From Bdellovibrionales bacterium (GTDB taxonomy: Bacteria > Bdellovibrionota > Bdellovibrionia > Bdellovibrionales > UBA1609): DNA of 64,000 nt. Positions within the stretch are counted from its first letter, which is position 1. Each line of letters opens with the position of its first letter. The position numbers and the translations under genes are program-made. Positions 61,150 through 64,000 of this stretch are shown here, in pieces. The notes beneath the pieces are model-generated. The model was not told the origin of the DNA. It saw only the letters and a list, made by a program, of their open reading frames with translations, and did no database searches. The DNA lies in contig OZ241877.1 in NCBI GenBank assembly GCA_965203095.1, positions 1,376,001 through 1,440,000 of the forward strand, read 5' to 3'.

Positions 61150-62121
61150 ATGAAAATCAAAACTCAAAAAACCAGAAAAGAACTTGGGGAGTTTTCGGTA
61201 TTAAAGCCCGGAAACCATCACGACAAATTTTTTAAAAGATTCTATTCTCAGCCTCAATTTGCTGAGGAGATTGTGAGATTGATATTGTCTAAAGAGGAGT
61301 TAAAAGCCTGTAATCTATCAAAACTCAAAGTAGAAAAAAGCCTTTTTAAAGATAAGCAAATGGACTTGGTTTTGTCTTTTCCCCTAAAAAACTTTCCTAA
61401 AAGCCAGATCAGGATAGTCGTCCTGTTTGAGCACAAGTCCAAATATGACAAAAATCTCTTTAAGCAGGTTTTAAGGTATCAGACAAAGCTTTATGAGCAG
61501 TCCCAACAGAGGATAGTAGTAATTCCTGTTTTGTTTTATCACGGAAAAGTCCCTTGGAGTTGGAAGTTGTCTTTTCAGGAGGCTGTTTTAGGAGAGTTTT
61601 TTTTAAAAATTCCTCGATCTTTTAGAAAAAACATGTTAAATTATGGTTTGAGGTTATTGAATACAGGGGATAGGAGGGTTCAGAGGGTTTTTGATGATCG
61701 GAGTTTTAAGACGGGTCGGGTTTTACAGTTGTTGGACCGTGTGTGGTTTTTAAAGGATAATGAGCGGGAGTTGCGGGAGGTATTATTTGCTTTTTTTAGG
61801 GTTTTTAAGCGTGATGAGTGGATATTGGCTGTGGCCAAGTATTTGAGGTCGGCGGGGGTGAGTTTTAAACTTTGGAACAAGTTGGAGGAAGAGGCTATTA
61901 AGAAGGCTTTATTAAAGAAAGGAGGCTATATGGACATAAAAGAGGAAATTCGGCTGGAAGGTCGCTGGGAAGGCGAAAAAAAAGGCTTTAGAAAAGGCCG
62001 GCAAGAGGGACGGGAGGAAGTTATCCGGAATATGTTGAGAGAAAAGGTAGATTTGGCTTTCATCTCTAAAGTGACGGGCCTACCTGTTCGAGAGATTAAA
62101 AAGCTTAAAAACGGTTCTTGA
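61150..62121 (+). CDS. Rpn/YhgA-like PD-(D/E)XK nuclease
   Basis: HHDKFFK, MDLVL, LFEHKS, IPVLFYHG..PW, EGRWEG..KGRQEG repeats, ISKVTGL. Confidence 0.9.
   Translation: MKIKTQKTRKELGEFSVLKPGNHHDKFFKRFYSQPQFAEEIVRLILSKEELKACNLSKLKVEKSLFKDKQMDLVLSFPLKNFPKSQIRIVVLFEHKSKYDKNLFKQVLRYQTKLYEQSQQRIVVIPVLFYHGKVPWSWKLSFQEAVLGEFFLKIPRSFRKNMLNYGLRLLNTGDRRVQRVFDDRSFKTGRVLQLLDRVWFLKDNERELREVLFAFFRVFKRDEWILAVAKYLRSAGVSFKLWNKLEEEAIKKALLKKGGYMDIKEEIRLEGRWEGEKKGFRKGRQEGREEVIRNMLREKVDLAFISKVTGLPVREIKKLKNGS
61930..62121 (+). CDS. Putative internally initiated small C-terminal protein (RpnS-type antitoxin), 63 aa
   Basis: AAAGGAGG SD directly before an in-frame ATG at 61930. Confidence 0.65.
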   Translation: MDIKEEIRLEGRWEGEKKGFRKGRQEGREEVIRNMLREKVDLAFISKVTGLPVREIKKLKNGS

Positions 62122-62303
62122 TTCTTTTTTAGTTTGTTTGTCCGTGTTTTGTCACTTTAGAGATGGGCTTGTTTAAAAAGCCCCTTATAAAAAGCTCTTT
62201 GGCTTTGTCTTTTAAGCTGAATTTTTCGAGGTTTATTTTGTTGCCCTTCTGAGGGGAAGGAGTATAGATAAAGATCAGAGAGAAAAATAGAGGGTTTTGA
62301 GGC

Positions 62304-63070
62304 TTAATCCACCCAGTTAATCTTGTCTGCTTTCAATGCTCCTTTTAATGATCCAAGATATTGATATTTTGAGTCTATATAAGCTCCTTCCAAGTTTGCC
62401 TTTCTAAAGGTTGCCCCCCTCAAGATTGCCTCTCTCAAGTCTGCCCCTTTTAAGTTTGCCTTTGTCAAGTTTGCCTTTATCAAGCTTGCCCCTGTCAAGT
62501 TCGCCCTTGTCAAGTTCGCCTTTGTCAAGTTCGCCTTAAACAAGTTTGCCCTTCTCAAGTCTGCATTTGTCAAGTCTGCCTTATACAGGTTAGCCCATAC
62601 CAAATCTGCATTTGCAAGTTAGCCCTTCTCAAGGTTGTCTTATACAAGTTAGCCTTATACAACTTAGCCCCTTGCAAATTTGCCCCGGTTAAGTTTGCCT
62701 TATACAAGTTTGCTTGCCTCAAGTCTGCTCCTGTCAAGTCTGCCTCATTCAACATCGCCCTCCGCAAGTCCGCTCCCGCCAAATCTTTTTTTCCTTGTTT
62801 TATTTTTTGTATCAAAATCCCTTGTTTTTTTTGCTCTTCTGAAGTGAGGGGGGGCAAAACAAAAGCAGGGGATCCCCCACTATTTATCAAGTTAGCCCCT
62901 CTCAAGTCTGCTCCCGCCAAATCTTTTTCCCCTTTCTTTATTTGTGCAATAAGACTCCCTTGTTTTATTGGATCAACTGGTTTAAGCGACTCCCCCTGAG
63001 CTGGGATTGCAAAAAATAAAAGAATTAAAATGATTTGTTTCATGTTCCCTCCGTTTAAGGATTGTTTCAT
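62304..63070 (-). pseudogene. Pentapeptide-repeat protein PRP4, -1 frameshift near 62614
   Basis: AAC TTG CAA ATG; adding one A restores ANLTNADLVWANL and joins ORFs 62570-63070 and 62304-62603. Confidence 0.8.
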
Positions 63071-63077
63071 GTTTACT

Positions 63078-63104
63078 TTATCGGCTGGTTGTCCGTGTTT
63101 TTAA
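63078..63104 (-). promoter_or_regulatory. Putative sigma28/FliA-type promoter
   Basis: Minus strand TTAA-N15-GCCGATAA-N7-ATG. Confidence 0.6.
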
Positions 63105-63318
63105 AGTCCTGTTTTTTAAAACTTGACTTTAGTTCTTTAAGTTCTTTTGAGAGGCTGTCTATTTTTTCATTGGCTGATTTTAATTCCTGTTTTAGCTGAT
63201 CGTCCGTTTTGCTGAGGGCTTTTAGCTCTGAGTTTTGGACTTTAAACTTTGCCTCTATTGTGGATTTGTTTAAAAAACTTTAGAAAAAAATGGCCAGATC
63301 AGGCAAAAAAACTAAAAA

Positions 63319-63447
63319 ATTGCCTATAAAAAATCTCTGTTCTTTATCGCACAAGCAAAAGCCAGCGGTGAGGGTCCAAGGTATTTTTCCCGCGAACAAG
63401 CTGGACTTTTTGCTTGTGCGATCCATTAAATGTAGATTTTTTGCGAG
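63319..63447 (-). mobile_element. Palindromic element copy H (type II, inverted)
   Basis: Arms 63346-63366 and 63400-63422; core (reverse complement) at 63373-63385. Confidence 0.8.
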
Positions 63448-63479
63448 AAAAACCCCTGTTTTTACGAGAACAGGCTTTT

Positions 63480-63687
63480 CTGGATTCCCGTTTTCACGGG
63501 AATGACTGGTTTTGCGGGAGCCAGAAAGCCTGGGGAGCTTTCTGGCAAGGTTCGGCGGGAAATGACTGTTTTTGCGGGAGCTAAAAAGCCCAGTGGGCTT
63601 TCGGGCAAACTCGGCAAGAACTAAAAAGCCTGGGGAGCTTTCTGGCCAGCTCGGCGGGAACGACTTGCTTTTTCACGGAGGATCGTA
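63480..63687. repeat. REP-like palindrome, about three degenerate G-rich hairpin units and an element terminus
   Basis: CTGGATTCCCGTTTTCACGGGAATGAC; GCCAGAAAGC-N7-GCTTTCTGGC units; CTTTTTCACGGAGGA. Confidence 0.75.
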
Positions 63688-63776
63688 TTAGAATAAAAGC
63701 TACATATCAGAAATAAGGCTTTTACTTGAAAAAGCTTTACTGTCTTTAAGACTGAAAATTCCTTAAAGGAGGGTAA

Positions 63777-64000
63777 ATGGGTTTAAATGCTATTGTTTTA
63801 GCGGCAGGTCGTGGAGAGAGAATGGCCAGCCCACTGCCTAAAGTCATTCACCCTGTAGCGGGTGAGCCTATGCTGGCTCGAATTTTAAAAGCCATTTCTG
63901 CCATTCGTCCTCAACAGATTCGTGTTGTGGCCGGGCCAGCAAGCCATATTGTCAGCTCCATTGCAGGAAGATTTAATGCTCTTTGTTTTCAACAAAATGA
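63777..64000 (+). CDS. glmU: GlmU-like nucleotidyltransferase, runs off the window
   Basis: SD AAGGAG; MGLNAIVLAAGRGERMASPLPKVIHPVAGEPML. Confidence 0.85.
   Translation, partial: MGLNAIVLAAGRGERMASPLPKVIHPVAGEPMLARILKAISAIRPQQIRVVAGPASHIVSSIAGRFNALCFQQN

Noticed and set aside
58400..63110. Integron cassette array or diversity-generating retroelement
   Set aside because: No integrase or reverse transcriptase, no RYYYAAC...GTTRRRY attC boxes, and no adenine-specific TR/VR pair seen

Overview
An AT-rich bacterial chromosomal segment. Gene content and order (split atpB/atpE, isolated nuoI, Tad-like proteins, T2SS gspCDEF, AroK-D-E fusion) suggest a Bdellovibrionota-like or deltaproteobacteria-like organism; this is inference only. 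Housekeeping blocks: cytochrome c oxidase operon, atpB/E, gspCDEF, tRNA(CAU), rpsU-yqeY-dnaG-rpoD, tadA/holB, purQ, uvrC, pyrE, nuoI, a reduced dcw cluster (rsmH-ftsL-ftsI-mraY-murD), maeB, aroKDE-aroC and the start of glmU. The most unusual signals are non-coding or accessory. (1) At least 8 copies of a 110-205 bp palindromic element share an almost invariant loop core (AATACCTTGGACC) carried on four different, self-complementary stems; two copies are chimeras that switch type at the core. (2) A family of secreted pentapeptide-repeat genes has shared flanks, mosaic ends and sigma28-like leaderless promoters; three lie in a 58.2-63.1 kb island with small cargo genes and an Rpn nuclease that has an internal RpnS-type start. 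(3) A second, REP-like repeat family is present. (4) A probable deletion scar of a type III restriction-modification locus sits upstream of rsmH. All calls are by eye; no searches were run.
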